64,000 nucleotides of DNA from Candidatus Omnitrophota bacterium (GTDB taxonomy: Bacteria > Omnitrophota > Gorgyraeia > Gygaellales > Profunditerraquicolaceae). Below, one piece after another: positions 1 through 9,059 of the stretch. How positions within the stretch are numbered: position 1 is the stretch's first letter; each line of letters begins with the position of its first letter. The stretch covers positions 255,045 to 319,044 of the forward strand of contig JAPLLX010000004.1 of the NCBI GenBank assembly GCA_026387335.1, written 5' to 3'. The notes beneath the pieces are model-generated. The model saw only the letters and a list, made by a program, of their open reading frames with translations. It ran no database searches and was not told the origin of the DNA. The position numbers and the translations under genes are program-made.

Positions 1-655
1 GCTCTTTTTCTAACTCGGTATATTCTTCGTTGAGCTGAGCAAACTCGGCCTTAGGGACCCACTCGCTTATTTTTTCTTTTTTATTAAATTCCGTAATCTT
101 AGCTTCGTGAGCCTTAATCTCCTGAAGATGTTTTTCGATCTGATGTTTTTGTATCTCTATTTGTTCGGACTTCTCCCGGATGGTGTCTTCCAACTCCTTA
201 ATCCTGTTATTCAGCTCTCTTACGTCGCGCACGGCATTTACATTCTTGGTAAATTCACTCTGCAGCTCTTTTTCTTTTACGCCAAAGCTTTTTTTCAGCT
301 CGGCGTTTTCCGCCTTAACTTTATTCAGCATCTCCTCGGAGGTAGCCACCCACTCCTGCCTGCGCTTTAATTCTTGCTCCAGTTGCTCGTGTTTATTTAT
401 TGCCTCCTGAAACTGGGCCTTCTCTTTTTCATATTCGGATTTAGCCTTTTCAGCATCCACCTTTATGCTCTTGATTTCTTCCTCTAACCTTAATATTTTC
501 TTCTCTTTTAATTCGGACATGGGGCCATCCGCGGTAAGCCCGGCTTTCTTCTTGGCCTTCGGCGCTTGGCCCTGGCTCCCGGTAGAAAAGACCGAAAGGA
601 GGGCGTAGATAACCAGTCCCACTCCTGATACAAAGAGTATTATTATTAAAATCAT
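1..655 (-). CDS. Partial membrane-anchored coiled-coil protein (runs off window start)
   Basis: Manually translated from ATG at 655: MILIIILFVSGVGLVIYALL (TM) followed by an E/K-rich coiled coil; frame is open to the window edge; not in ORF track. Confidence 0.75.
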   Translation of the reverse strand, partial: MILIIILFVSGVGLVIYALLSVFSTGSQGQAPKAKKKAGLTADGPMSELKEKKILRLEEEIKSIKVDAEKAKSEYEKEKAQFQEAINKHEQLEQELKRRQEWVATSEEMLNKVKAENAELKKSFGVKEKELQSEFTKNVNAVRDVRELNNRIKELEDTIREKSEQIEIQKHQIEKHLQEIKAHEAKITEFNKKEKISEWVPKAEFAQLNEEYTELEKE

Positions 656-661
656 TTTAGA

Positions 662-1972
662 TCATCCTTGAGCCTTGCGTAACTTATCCAGGCGCTCTTT
701 AATTTTTGCTTCATACCCTATTTGCGTCGGCTCATAGTAACGGACCCTTTTCCGGGTATACTTTTGTTTCACGTAATGGCCCGGATAATCATGGGCATAT
801 TTATAACCCTTACCGTGCCCCAGGGCTTCCTCGTCCAAAGAAGCATCTTTAAGATGGTCCGGAACATCCTGAACCTTTTTATTCTCTATATCTTGTAAGG
901 CTTTGTCAATCGCTAAATAGCTGGCGTTGGATTTTGGCGCGCAGGAAACATAAATTACCGCCTGAGCCAAAGGAATACGCGCTTCAGGCAGGCCTACAAA
1001 TTCCGCGATTTGTAATGCGGCGTTGGCTAACACCAAAGCCAGCGGATCGGCATTACCTACATCCTCGGCTGCCAGGATACAGACCCGGCGGGCTATAAAC
1101 CTGGGGTCTTCTCCGGAATAAAGCATTTTCGCCATCCAGTAAATGGCCGCGTCCGGGTCAGAGCCGCGCATAGACTTAATGAAGGCGGAAGCGGTATCGT
1201 AATGGCCGTCTTCATCTTTATCATAGACAACAGCTTTTTTCTGAATGGATTCCTGGGCTACCTCTAAATTAAAATTAATATACCCATCCTTGGATTTAGG
1301 CGTGGTTAAAACCCCTACCTCCAAAGCGTTAAGGGCGCGCCGGGCGTCGCCTTCAGAAGTTTTAGCTAGAAACTCCAGGGCTTGCTTATCCGCGTTAACC
1401 TTTAAGTTGCCTAATCCCCGCTCTTTGTCTTTTAGCGCGGAATTTAAAATAACTAAAACTTCATTCTCTTTGAGGGATTTTAATTCACAGACCAGCGAGC
1501 GGGAAAGCAGCGGGGCAGCGAGAGAGAAAAAGGGATTATGGACAGTGGCTCCGATTAATATGGGATTGCCGTCTTCTACATCCGGCAAGAGAACATCCTG
1601 CTGGGCCTTGTTAAAACGGTGGATCTCGTCGATAAAAAGGATGGTTTTTTGTCCGGAATTCGACTCTCTTTGTTTTGCCGCCGAGATTACCTTCCTTAAT
1701 TCCTCGACATTAGAAGTAGTGGCGTTAATAGATATGTAATGCGCTTTAGTCAGGTTGGCGACGCACCAGGCCAGGGAGGTCTTCCCCACTCCCGGCGGGC
1801 CAAACAAAATCAAGGAGCTTAAACGGTCTGCCTCTATCGCCCGGCGCAGGAGCTTACCCTTGCCCAAAATATGGCTCTGGCCCCTAAATTCATCCAGGGT
1901 TTTTGGCCGCATGCGCACAGCCAGGGGTAATTTACTTAAGTCGGTTTTTTTGTCTTCAATAAAAAAGTCCAT
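662..1972 (-). CDS. rarA: Replication-associated recombination protein A (AAA+ ATPase, MgsA/RarA)
   Basis: PLAVRMRP, GPPGVGKT, FIDEIHRFNKAQQD, SAFIKSMRGSDPDAA, GYKYAHDY. Confidence 0.96.
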   Translation of the reverse strand: MDFFIEDKKTDLSKLPLAVRMRPKTLDEFRGQSHILGKGKLLRRAIEADRLSSLILFGPPGVGKTSLAWCVANLTKAHYISINATTSNVEELRKVISAAKQRESNSGQKTILFIDEIHRFNKAQQDVLLPDVEDGNPILIGATVHNPFFSLAAPLLSRSLVCELKSLKENEVLVILNSALKDKERGLGNLKVNADKQALEFLAKTSEGDARRALNALEVGVLTTPKSKDGYINFNLEVAQESIQKKAVVYDKDEDGHYDTASAFIKSMRGSDPDAAIYWMAKMLYSGEDPRFIARRVCILAAEDVGNADPLALVLANAALQIAEFVGLPEARIPLAQAVIYVSCAPKSNASYLAIDKALQDIENKKVQDVPDHLKDASLDEEALGHGKGYKYAHDYPGHYVKQKYTRKRVRYYEPTQIGYEAKIKERLDKLRKAQG

Positions 1973-1981
1973 AAAATGAAA

Positions 1982-2110
1982 ATCCCCGCGTAAGTGCCGT
2001 TGGAATGAATAGTCTGAACCATTTGCTTTCAGGTGGGCGCCCTATTGGGCTCCCTTGAAATTAGTGTTGGTTCAACAATTATCAAATTTCCAACGAGCAC
2101 TGCAGGGATA
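1982..2110 (-). ncRNA. ssrS: 6S RNA (ends approximate)
   Basis: Minus strand folds as a long rod: ATCCCTGCAGTGCTCGTTGGAA pairs with TTCCAACGGCAC...GCGGGGAT; inner TGAACC/GGTTCA helix flanks a central bubble; lies downstream of pheT as in many bacteria. Confidence 0.8.
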
Positions 2111-2138
2111 TCTAAAAGAACGTTTCTTTCCAATTAAA

Positions 2139-2166
2139 AGTATAGCACATACCGCAGGAAAATCAA
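2139..2166 (-). promoter_or_regulatory. Sigma70-type promoter for 6S RNA/rarA
   Basis: TTGATT-16 nt-TATACT with extended -10 TG. Confidence 0.6.
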
Positions 2167-2168
2167 GA

Positions 2169-4187
2169 TTACCTCATCTTGACCCCAAAGGTTTGCATAA
2201 GCGTCCCGCAAAGTAAATCCTGAATCGGTTGAATCTCTTTCTCGGTCAAAGTGCGTTCATTAGAACTATAGAAACAGGATAAAGTTAACCCCCTAAAGCC
2301 CGCGGGTATCTGCTTACCTTTATAATAATCCGTGATCCGGATATCGTTTAATAAGGGCTGGCCCTTCTGTCTTAATGCCAATAGTATATCTTTTACTGAA
2401 AGATCGTCTTTTAAAACAAAACTGATATCCCTGGTGATACCGGGATACTTAGGAAGTGGCGTAAATTTCTTATCCGGCCGGACAAAGGAAAAGAGTTTAT
2501 CCAGTGAAACCTCAAGCGCGAAAACTTCCCGGTTCTTTATGTTCAACCCCTCCAGCGCTTTAGGGCTAAGGCCTAACATTAAACCTACTTTTTCATTTTG
2601 GATACGGATTGCGCAGTTTAAGGCGCCTTGGTTATTAAATTCATAGCCCTGAATACCCAACCTAAGGAAGATTGTTTCTAATATACCTTTTAGATTGAGC
2701 AAACCTGCCTCATCCTTGACTAAACCCTGCTCAAGCAGAAAAGAATTTGTGCCGCTTAAGGCTAAACCTAAAACAAGCTCTTCTTTTGGCTTGGTTTCAC
2801 CGAGGAAGATATTGCCGATTTCGAAAATAGAAACATAATCCTGCTTCTGATTAATATTAAAGCTGACCGCCCGGCCCAATCCGGGTATAAGGGTAGGCCT
2901 GAGGATCTCCTGGTCCTGGCTTAAAGGATTCAGGATCTCTATGGGTTTAGTTAGATTCAGGTCTAAATTATTTAATACCGCCTTATCCAAGAGGCTATAA
3001 GTAGCTACCTCATTTACTCCTAAACCAACCAGAATCGCTTTGATAGCGGAAACCAAATCCCTTTTCTCTCTTACGGTTATCTCGGGTTTTACCGCCGGCT
3101 GGCTAGCCGGAATATTATCATAACCAAAAACCCGGGCCACCTCTTCAATCAAATCCACCTGCAGCTTTATATCCTGCCTAAAAGACGGAACCCCTACTTT
3201 AAAAACTTCCTTGGATTTTTGTCTGACCTTAAACCCCAACCCGCAGAGAATCTGTTTAATCTTAGGCCGCGTTATCTTTACCCCTAATATCTTGGCAACA
3301 TAAACTGTGTCTAAATCCACCCGTATTTCTTTGGGCTTGGTTAACCCACTAGATAAAAATAAAATATCTCCTCCCCCGCAAATTTCTTGGATTAACTGCG
3401 CTGCTCGGAGAGAAGCTTTTTCGACTATAGTTAAATCTACCCCCCGCTCAAACCTGTAACTTGCTTCGCTCTGTAAACCCAGCGCCTGCCTGCCGCGACG
3501 GACCACCACCGGATCAAAAATCGCAGCCTCTAATAAAACATTCCGGGTACTGGTAGTAACTTCAGTCTCTTTACCGCCCATGACTCCGGCAATAGCCACC
3601 GGTTTATTTCTATCGGCAATAACCAAAACCTTGCTTTTTAAATTTCTCTCTTCTTCATCTATGGCCAATAACTTCTCGCTATCTTTCGCCCGGCGCACGA
3701 TTATTTTATCCTGGCTCAGCTTATCCAGGTCAAAGGCGTGCAATGGCTCGCCCAATTCAAATAATACATAATTTGTGATATCCACGACATTATTCACGCT
3801 GCGGCAACCAATCAGTTCCAACCTTTTTCTTAGCCATTCCGGCGAGGGGGCCACCCGCACATTTCTGATTATCCTTGCGCTATAAAGAGGGCAATCTTTC
3901 TTATCTTCAATTTCAATTTTAAAATTGCCTTTGGCTGACCGGACTTTGCCTTTTGGATTCTGGATTTTAAGTTTTGTATTTGTTATCGCGGCTATTTCCC
4001 GGGCCACGCCTAAAACACTTAACCAATCCGGCCGGTTAGGGGTAATTTCGATCTCTAAAACAAAATCCCCGGCCTTTTCTTCCAAGGCTACTACCTCTAA
4101 TCCGGCCATGGTCAATTTAGCGGCCAGTTCTTTAGCCGGTATTTTAATATCTACAAAGTCCTTTAGCCAATTATAGGTTATTTTCAT
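2169..4187 (-). CDS. pheT: Phenylalanine-tRNA ligase beta subunit (short form lacking the OB/B2 domain)
   Basis: EITPNRPDWLS, SYRFERGVD, DLIEEVARVFGY, C-terminal FDX-ACB domain. Confidence 0.96.
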   Translation of the reverse strand: MKITYNWLKDFVDIKIPAKELAAKLTMAGLEVVALEEKAGDFVLEIEITPNRPDWLSVLGVAREIAAITNTKLKIQNPKGKVRSAKGNFKIEIEDKKDCPLYSARIIRNVRVAPSPEWLRKRLELIGCRSVNNVVDITNYVLFELGEPLHAFDLDKLSQDKIIVRRAKDSEKLLAIDEEERNLKSKVLVIADRNKPVAIAGVMGGKETEVTTSTRNVLLEAAIFDPVVVRRGRQALGLQSEASYRFERGVDLTIVEKASLRAAQLIQEICGGGDILFLSSGLTKPKEIRVDLDTVYVAKILGVKITRPKIKQILCGLGFKVRQKSKEVFKVGVPSFRQDIKLQVDLIEEVARVFGYDNIPASQPAVKPEITVREKRDLVSAIKAILVGLGVNEVATYSLLDKAVLNNLDLNLTKPIEILNPLSQDQEILRPTLIPGLGRAVSFNINQKQDYVSIFEIGNIFLGETKPKEELVLGLALSGTNSFLLEQGLVKDEAGLLNLKGILETIFLRLGIQGYEFNNQGALNCAIRIQNEKVGLMLGLSPKALEGLNIKNREVFALEVSLDKLFSFVRPDKKFTPLPKYPGITRDISFVLKDDLSVKDILLALRQKGQPLLNDIRITDYYKGKQIPAGFRGLTLSCFYSSNERTLTEKEIQPIQDLLCGTLMQTFGVKMR
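3941..3975 (-). repeat. Degenerate heptamer array inside pheT
   Basis: AAAACTT-AAAATCC-AGAATCC-AAAAGGC-AAAGTCC encoding KLKIQNPKGKV. Confidence 0.45.
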
Positions 4188-4188
4188 T

Positions 4189-5202
4189 TTAGAATTGTTT
4201 CAAAAACCTGAGGTCATTCTCAAAAAATAATCTTATATCGTTGATACCGTATTTAAGCATGGCTATCCTTTCTACCCCCAGGCCAAAGGCAAACCCCGTA
4301 TATTTTTTAGCATCAATCCCCACATGTTTAAAAACATGCGGGTGGATCATGCCTGAACCCAGAATTTCCAGCCAGCCCTTTCTTCCGCAAACAGAACAAC
4401 CCTTACCTTTACAGATTATGCAGGATATATCTACTTCTGCCGAAGGCTCGGTAAAAGGGAAAAAGTGCGGGCGAAAACGCATATTTATGGTATTGCCAAA
4501 AATAGCCTTAGCGAATTTTTCCAAAACGCCCTTGAGGTCAGAAAACTTTATCCCCGCGTCTACCATAAAACCTTCTATCTGATGAAACATAAAAGAGTGC
4601 GAGGCGTCCACCGCGTCAGGCCTGTACACCCGGCCAGGGACCACTATCGCTAACGGCGGTTTACGCTCTTGCATCGCGCGCACCTGCACCGGAGAGGTAT
4701 GGCTGCGCAAAAGTAATTTAGCGTAATCTTTAAGGTAAAAAGTATCAAATGCCTCCCGGGAAGGATGTTCCAGCGGTATATTTAATCCGGTAAAATTATT
4801 ATATTCGGTTTCTATCTCCGGGCCGTCGACAATAGAAAAACCTAGGCGGCTGAATATGGAGCAGATTTCATCGGTTATTTGGGTAACCGGATGCAAGTGG
4901 CCTAAGCCTTGAGCAATGCCGGGCATGCCAATATCAAAAGAAGTGTAGGTTGTATTTTCGGATTGAACAGAAAGAGTCTTTTGCTTATCTTCAACTAGCG
5001 CCAGCAGCCTGTTCTTAAGCGAGTTAACCTGCTGGCCAAACGCGGCCCGTTCATCTTTAGATAAAGACGGTATGGTGCTGGTCAATTCGGCGATTACCCC
5101 TTTTCTTCCTAAATATTTCAGGCGGAATTCTTCCAGTCCTTCAGAGGAATGCACGCCCTGAATATCCAGGTCTATCTGGGTAGAAATAGCGTTAATATCC
5201 AT
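4189..5202 (-). CDS. pheS: Phenylalanine-tRNA ligase alpha subunit
   Basis: LLRSHTSPVQ, FPFTEPSAE, GFAFGLGVERIAM. Confidence 0.98.
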   Translation of the reverse strand: MDINAISTQIDLDIQGVHSSEGLEEFRLKYLGRKGVIAELTSTIPSLSKDERAAFGQQVNSLKNRLLALVEDKQKTLSVQSENTTYTSFDIGMPGIAQGLGHLHPVTQITDEICSIFSRLGFSIVDGPEIETEYNNFTGLNIPLEHPSREAFDTFYLKDYAKLLLRSHTSPVQVRAMQERKPPLAIVVPGRVYRPDAVDASHSFMFHQIEGFMVDAGIKFSDLKGVLEKFAKAIFGNTINMRFRPHFFPFTEPSAEVDISCIICKGKGCSVCGRKGWLEILGSGMIHPHVFKHVGIDAKKYTGFAFGLGVERIAMLKYGINDIRLFFENDLRFLKQF

Positions 5203-5205
5203 AAC

Positions 5206-5553
5206 TTATTTTTTGGCCAGGCTGACTATTTTCTTAAAAGCCGCGTTATCTCTCACTGCCAAATCCGCTAAAATCTTGCGGTCCAGGTTTATTTTGGCTT
5301 TTTTAAGCCCATTCATAAAAACGCTGTAACTTAGGCCTTCGGCGCGGGCCGCAGCGTTAATCCGCGCGATCCAAAGGGCGCGTATCTCTCTTTTTTTATT
5401 GCGCCTGTCGCGATAAGCGTATTTTAATGCATGTAGAAGGGCGCGGCGGGCCTGCTGGAACTGCTTGGACCTATCTCCAAAAAAACCTTTAGCCTTTTTT
5501 AATACTCTCTTCTTTCTTCTGCGTGTAGCTGTGCTGTGTTTAATCTTGGCCAT
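5206..5553 (-). CDS. rplT: 50S ribosomal protein L20 (start moved to MAKIKH)
   Basis: [20 protein letters not shown]; SD AGGAG before ATG 5553; the track's upstream extension lies inside a repeat. Confidence 0.96.
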   Translation of the reverse strand: MAKIKHSTATRRRKKRVLKKAKGFFGDRSKQFQQARRALLHALKYAYRDRRNKKREIRALWIARINAAARAEGLSYSVFMNGLKKAKINLDRKILADLAVRDNAAFKKIVSLAKK

Positions 5554-5569
5554 TGTATCTCCTTTTAAA

Positions 5570-5635
5570 TAAATAGGGACAGCGACCATTTTTCTCTTCT
5601 AGGCGACCAAGAAAAATGGTCGCTGTCCCTATTTA
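5570..5635. repeat. Palindromic element family A, copy A1 (66 bp)
   Basis: Perfect 25-bp arms TAAATAGGGACAGCGACCATTTTTC; reverse complement is identical to copy A2; lies between rpmI and rplT. Confidence 0.95.
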
Positions 5636-5836
5636 TTAACCATACGGTAACATCCGCTTAAGGTATTTTGTTTCTTTTTTGTTATCTAAAATATCTCTTT
5701 TTCTCAACTTCCTGATCCTCTTCATCTTCTTGCTGGAAGCAAGATGGCTCTTGCCGCCGCGAGAATATTTGATCTTACCTCTTTTGGTAAGCTTGAATCT
5801 TTTGGAAACACTTTTTTTGGTTTTTAATTTTCCCAT
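5636..5836 (-). CDS. rpmI: 50S ribosomal protein L35
   Basis: MGKLKTKKSVSKRFKLT...KRMLPYG; between infC and rplT. Confidence 0.96.
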   Translation of the reverse strand: MGKLKTKKSVSKRFKLTKRGKIKYSRGGKSHLASSKKMKRIRKLRKRDILDNKKETKYLKRMLPYG

Positions 5837-5850
5837 TTTTATCCTTTCAA

Positions 5851-6357
5851 CTATTTGGGCGCCACTACAAAAGACATAATTCTGCCTTCCATCATTGGCG
5901 GCTTCTCCACCTGTCCGTCGGTTTGCACATCCTGAATGAATTTATCTAAAACCTTTCTTCCTAAGTCCACATGCTCCATCTGCCTTCTGCGGAAAAAAAG
6001 GTTGATCCTGACTTTATCTTTTTTCTTTAAAAAACTAACCGCCTGTTTTACTTTGGTCTCAAAGTCATGGTCGTCAATATTAGGCTTTAGCCGGATCTCT
6101 TTCAACTTACCCTGCTTCTGGTGTTTCTTGGCCTCGCGCTCCTTCTTCTCCTCGTCGTATTTAAATTTACTGTAGTCAACTATGCGGCAGACCGGAGGAT
6201 TGGCGGAAGGCGCGACCTCCACTAAATCCAACTCCGACTGATTGGCTAAATCTAAAGCCCTTTGTATTGCCATTACCCCTAATTGATTACCGTCCGGGCC
6301 GACAACCCTGACCTGCGGAACCCTGATCCTATCGTTAGTGCGGATAAACTTTTTTAT
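5851..6357 (-). CDS. infC: Translation initiation factor IF-3 (probable ATA start)
   Basis: NDRIRVPQVR, LDLVEVAP..PPVCRIVDY; SD AGGAGGTG lies 6 nt before ATA at 6357. Confidence 0.95.
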   Translation of the reverse strand: MKKFIRTNDRIRVPQVRVVGPDGNQLGVMAIQRALDLANQSELDLVEVAPSANPPVCRIVDYSKFKYDEEKKEREAKKHQKQGKLKEIRLKPNIDDHDFETKVKQAVSFLKKKDKVRINLFFRRRQMEHVDLGRKVLDKFIQDVQTDGQVEKPPMMEGRIMSFVVAPK

Positions 6358-6383
6358 AGCAACCACCTCCTCTTTCTTGTTGG

Positions 6384-8117
6384 TTAAACAACTTTATCTT
6401 CTATTTCCTTTTTAGCCTTATTTATAAATTCATCCAGGCTCATTGTGCCCAGGTTCCCCTGGCCTTTTTTTCTTAACGCGACCGCGCCAGTTTTTTCCTC
6501 GCGCTCCCCCACCACCAGGCAATAAGGGACTTTGCTTAGCTCGGCATTGCGTATTCTTTTATCTAAGGTTTCATTGCGGCTATCTACTTCCACGCGGATA
6601 CCTTCAAGTTTGAGGGCTTGCTCTATTTTGGCGGCGTAATCCATCACCGTATCTTTAATCGGAATGACCAATACCTGCACCGGCGCCAGCCATAAAGGCA
6701 GATCCCCGTTATAATGCTCGACCAAGGCTCCCACAAAACGCTCCAGGCTCCCCAAGAGAACCCGGTGCAGCATTATTGGTTGCCGCTCTTTCCCTTCCTT
6801 ATCAATATAGGCTAAATTAAACCTCTTGGGAAGAGCAAAGTCGCATTGTATGGTGGCGCATTGCCAGGATCTTTTTAAGGCATCTTTTAATTTTATATCG
6901 ATCTTTGGCCCGTAAAAAGCTCCGTCCCCTTCATTAATATCATAGGCCAGGCCTTTTTCTTTCAGGGCCTCTTCCAGCGCTTGGGTCGCCAATTTCCAAT
7001 CTTCTTCTGAGCCGATATATTTTTCCGGCCGGGTGCTTAATTCAATGCTCACGTCATTGAACCCAAAGACTTTCATCGTCTCAAAAACAAAATCAATGAC
7101 TGCTTTTATCTCCGGCTTCAATTGCTCCGGCAAACAAAAAATATGGGCATCATCCTGGGTAAACCCGCGCACGCGTAAGAGCCCGTGTAAAACCCCGGCT
7201 TTTTCCCGGCGGTAAACTGTCCCCAACTCAAAATAGCGGATCGGTAAATCTTTGTAGCTTCTGGTCTTGGATTTATAAATTAAAATATGGCCCGGACAAT
7301 TCATCGGCTTTAAAACATATTCCTGTTCATCTACTTTGAGAGTAAACATATTATCTTTGTAGTAATCGTAGTGGCCGCTGGTCTTCCATAAGCCCGCCTG
7401 CATAATATGCGGAGTAATGACGATTGCGTAGCCGCGCTTAAGATGTTCTTTCCTTTCATAATCCTCAATAATAGTGCGTAAGAGCGCGCCTTTGGGATGA
7501 TAAAATACTAACCCCGCCCCTGCTTCTTCATGATAAATATCAAAGAGCTCTAAGCTAGGGCCCAATTTTCTATGGTCGCGTAATTTGGCTTCCTCTAAAT
7601 TCTTTAAATGCTCATCCAGTTCTTTTTTGCTCTCAAAACAAGTTCCGTAAATCCTCTGGAGCATCGGATTTGTTTCTATACCGTGCCAATACGCTCCGGC
7701 AACGGATAACAATTTAAAGGCCTTGATTCCTCCGGTGGACTCAATATGCGGGCCGCGGCATAGATCCAGGAAATCCTTACCTGTCCTATAAATTGAGACT
7801 TTTGTCTCGGGCAAGGCGTTGATTAACTCTATTTTATAAGGCTCATCCAGCTTCTTAAATAAATCTAAGGCTGACTTTTTATCCAGCTCTTCCCGGATAA
7901 ATGGCTCGTCTTTGGTGATGATTTCGGCCATCTTCTTTTCAATCCTGGCTAAATCCTCGTCGGTAAAAGCATCTTTTTTGTCAAAGTCATAGTAGAACCC
8001 GTCCTCTATCGCCGGCCCAATGGCTAACTTTACATCGGGCCAAAGCTCTTTGACAGCTTCTGCCATTACATGGGAACAAGAATGTCTTAAAATTTCCAAA
8101 TTCATTTTATCGTTCAT
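6384..8117 (-). CDS. thrS: Threonine-tRNA ligase (start moved; track start overlaps tRNA-Val)
   Basis: LRHSCSH, DLCRGPH, KPMNCPGH, RGFTQDDAH, GAFYGPKID. Confidence 0.97.
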   Translation of the reverse strand: MNDKMNLEILRHSCSHVMAEAVKELWPDVKLAIGPAIEDGFYYDFDKKDAFTDEDLARIEKKMAEIITKDEPFIREELDKKSALDLFKKLDEPYKIELINALPETKVSIYRTGKDFLDLCRGPHIESTGGIKAFKLLSVAGAYWHGIETNPMLQRIYGTCFESKKELDEHLKNLEEAKLRDHRKLGPSLELFDIYHEEAGAGLVFYHPKGALLRTIIEDYERKEHLKRGYAIVITPHIMQAGLWKTSGHYDYYKDNMFTLKVDEQEYVLKPMNCPGHILIYKSKTRSYKDLPIRYFELGTVYRREKAGVLHGLLRVRGFTQDDAHIFCLPEQLKPEIKAVIDFVFETMKVFGFNDVSIELSTRPEKYIGSEEDWKLATQALEEALKEKGLAYDINEGDGAFYGPKIDIKLKDALKRSWQCATIQCDFALPKRFNLAYIDKEGKERQPIMLHRVLLGSLERFVGALVEHYNGDLPLWLAPVQVLVIPIKDTVMDYAAKIEQALKLEGIRVEVDSRNETLDKRIRNAELSKVPYCLVVGEREEKTGAVALRKKGQGNLGTMSLDEFINKAKKEIEDKVV

Positions 8118-8125
8118 TTTCTTAA

Positions 8126-8202
8126 TGGTGGGCTCAAGTGGACTCGAACCACCGACCTTCTCCATGTCAAGGAGACACTCTAACCAGCTGAGCTATGAGC
8201 CC
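8126..8202 (-). tRNA. tRNA-Val(GAC), CCA encoded
   Basis: Cloverleaf; anticodon arm TCTCC-TTGACAT-GGAGA; T loop TTCGAGT. Confidence 0.95.
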
Positions 8203-8206
8203 TCAA

Positions 8207-8290
8207 TGCCGGGAGAGGGACTTGAACCCACAAGGTCTTGCGACCGCGAGATTTTAAGTCTCGTGCGTTTGCCAATTTCGCCATCCCGGC
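8207..8290 (-). tRNA. tRNA-Leu(TAA)
   Basis: Anticodon arm CGAGA-CTTAAAA-TCTCG; long variable arm; no CCA. Confidence 0.95.
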
Positions 8291-8296
8291 GCAATT

Positions 8297-8971
8297 TTAA
8301 TTAACAATCGTTTTGCTTTTACTCCAGCCCCTTGGAGCAATACAACAGTTATGTGCTATCTTTGATTTTCTTTCTAAACCAAATGCGCCCTTATAATAAC
8401 AGTTCTTTAAAATGCCCGCTGCGGCTAGTTTACCATATTTCAAAGTATACAATTGGTGTATCCTGTGAGGACCAAAATCAGAATGTATTCTTCCCTTGCA
8501 TCCAGTTAAGTCTTCTATGCGTGACTCAAGCCATTTAATAAAAACTTTAGAGCCAGAGAAAATACGCAATGACCACTGCTCATGGTTATTGCTTGGATGT
8601 ATCCAACGCCGCAAGCAGCCATCTCCATCTATTATGCCTCTTAAAAAATCATTAAAGAATTCTTCTGGAATACTGAGCTTTTTTAACTTTAATGATTTGT
8701 TGGGTAAAAGACCGACTGATAATAAAAACTCGTACAAATTCTTATTCGCTATCTGTATGCGATAGGCCTGGTTAACATTGCCTTTATTCTTAATACCTAT
8801 CTTATTCACTAAACCCATGGATATTATAATCTTTGCCAGAAATTGCTTATCTGCCGAAGTTATGTCTATGTGCCTACCATCCTTGGCTAGGCACCCATCT
8901 GTTGTAATCAATCCTACCAGATACCAAAGGTTCGGTCCTGAAATGTGTAATTCTTTTCTATGTGCCGGCAT
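8297..8971 (-). CDS. Free-standing double-motif LAGLIDADG homing-endonuclease-like protein
   Basis: YLVGLITTDGCL and FLRGIIDGDGCL motifs; AT-richer than neighbours; flanked by intact tRNAs. Confidence 0.88.
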   Translation of the reverse strand: MPAHRKELHISGPNLWYLVGLITTDGCLAKDGRHIDITSADKQFLAKIIISMGLVNKIGIKNKGNVNQAYRIQIANKNLYEFLLSVGLLPNKSLKLKKLSIPEEFFNDFLRGIIDGDGCLRRWIHPSNNHEQWSLRIFSGSKVFIKWLESRIEDLTGCKGRIHSDFGPHRIHQLYTLKYGKLAAAGILKNCYYKGAFGLERKSKIAHNCCIAPRGWSKSKTIVN

Positions 8972-8982
8972 TTTAATATTCT

Positions 8983-9054
8983 AGGCGCGGAGCGGAATCG
9001 AACCGCTGAATAACTGTTTTGCAGACAGTCGCCTTTCCTCTTGGCTACCGCGCC
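8983..9054 (-). tRNA. tRNA-Cys(GCA)
   Basis: Anticodon arm ACTGT-CTGCAAA-ACAGT; U discriminator. Confidence 0.93.
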
Positions 9055-9059
9055 AAAAA

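Noticed and set aside
107-410. Two + strand ORFs (87 and 76 aa)
   Set aside because: Antisense shadows of the minus-strand coiled-coil gene starting at 655
765-780. TGTTTCACGT parS half-site in rarA
   Set aside because: Second half (AATGGC) does not match; lies in coding sequence
5554-5589. N-terminal extension [12 protein letters not shown] of L20
   Set aside because: The ATG lies inside repeat A1; the SD supports the ATG at 5553
8118-8304. thrS upstream extension and the 94-aa + strand ORF 8020-8304
   Set aside because: Both overlap tRNA genes
8297-8971. LAGLIDADG ORF as part of a tRNA intron
   Set aside because: Both flanking tRNAs are complete, and the 6- and 11-nt spacers leave no room for a ribozyme core
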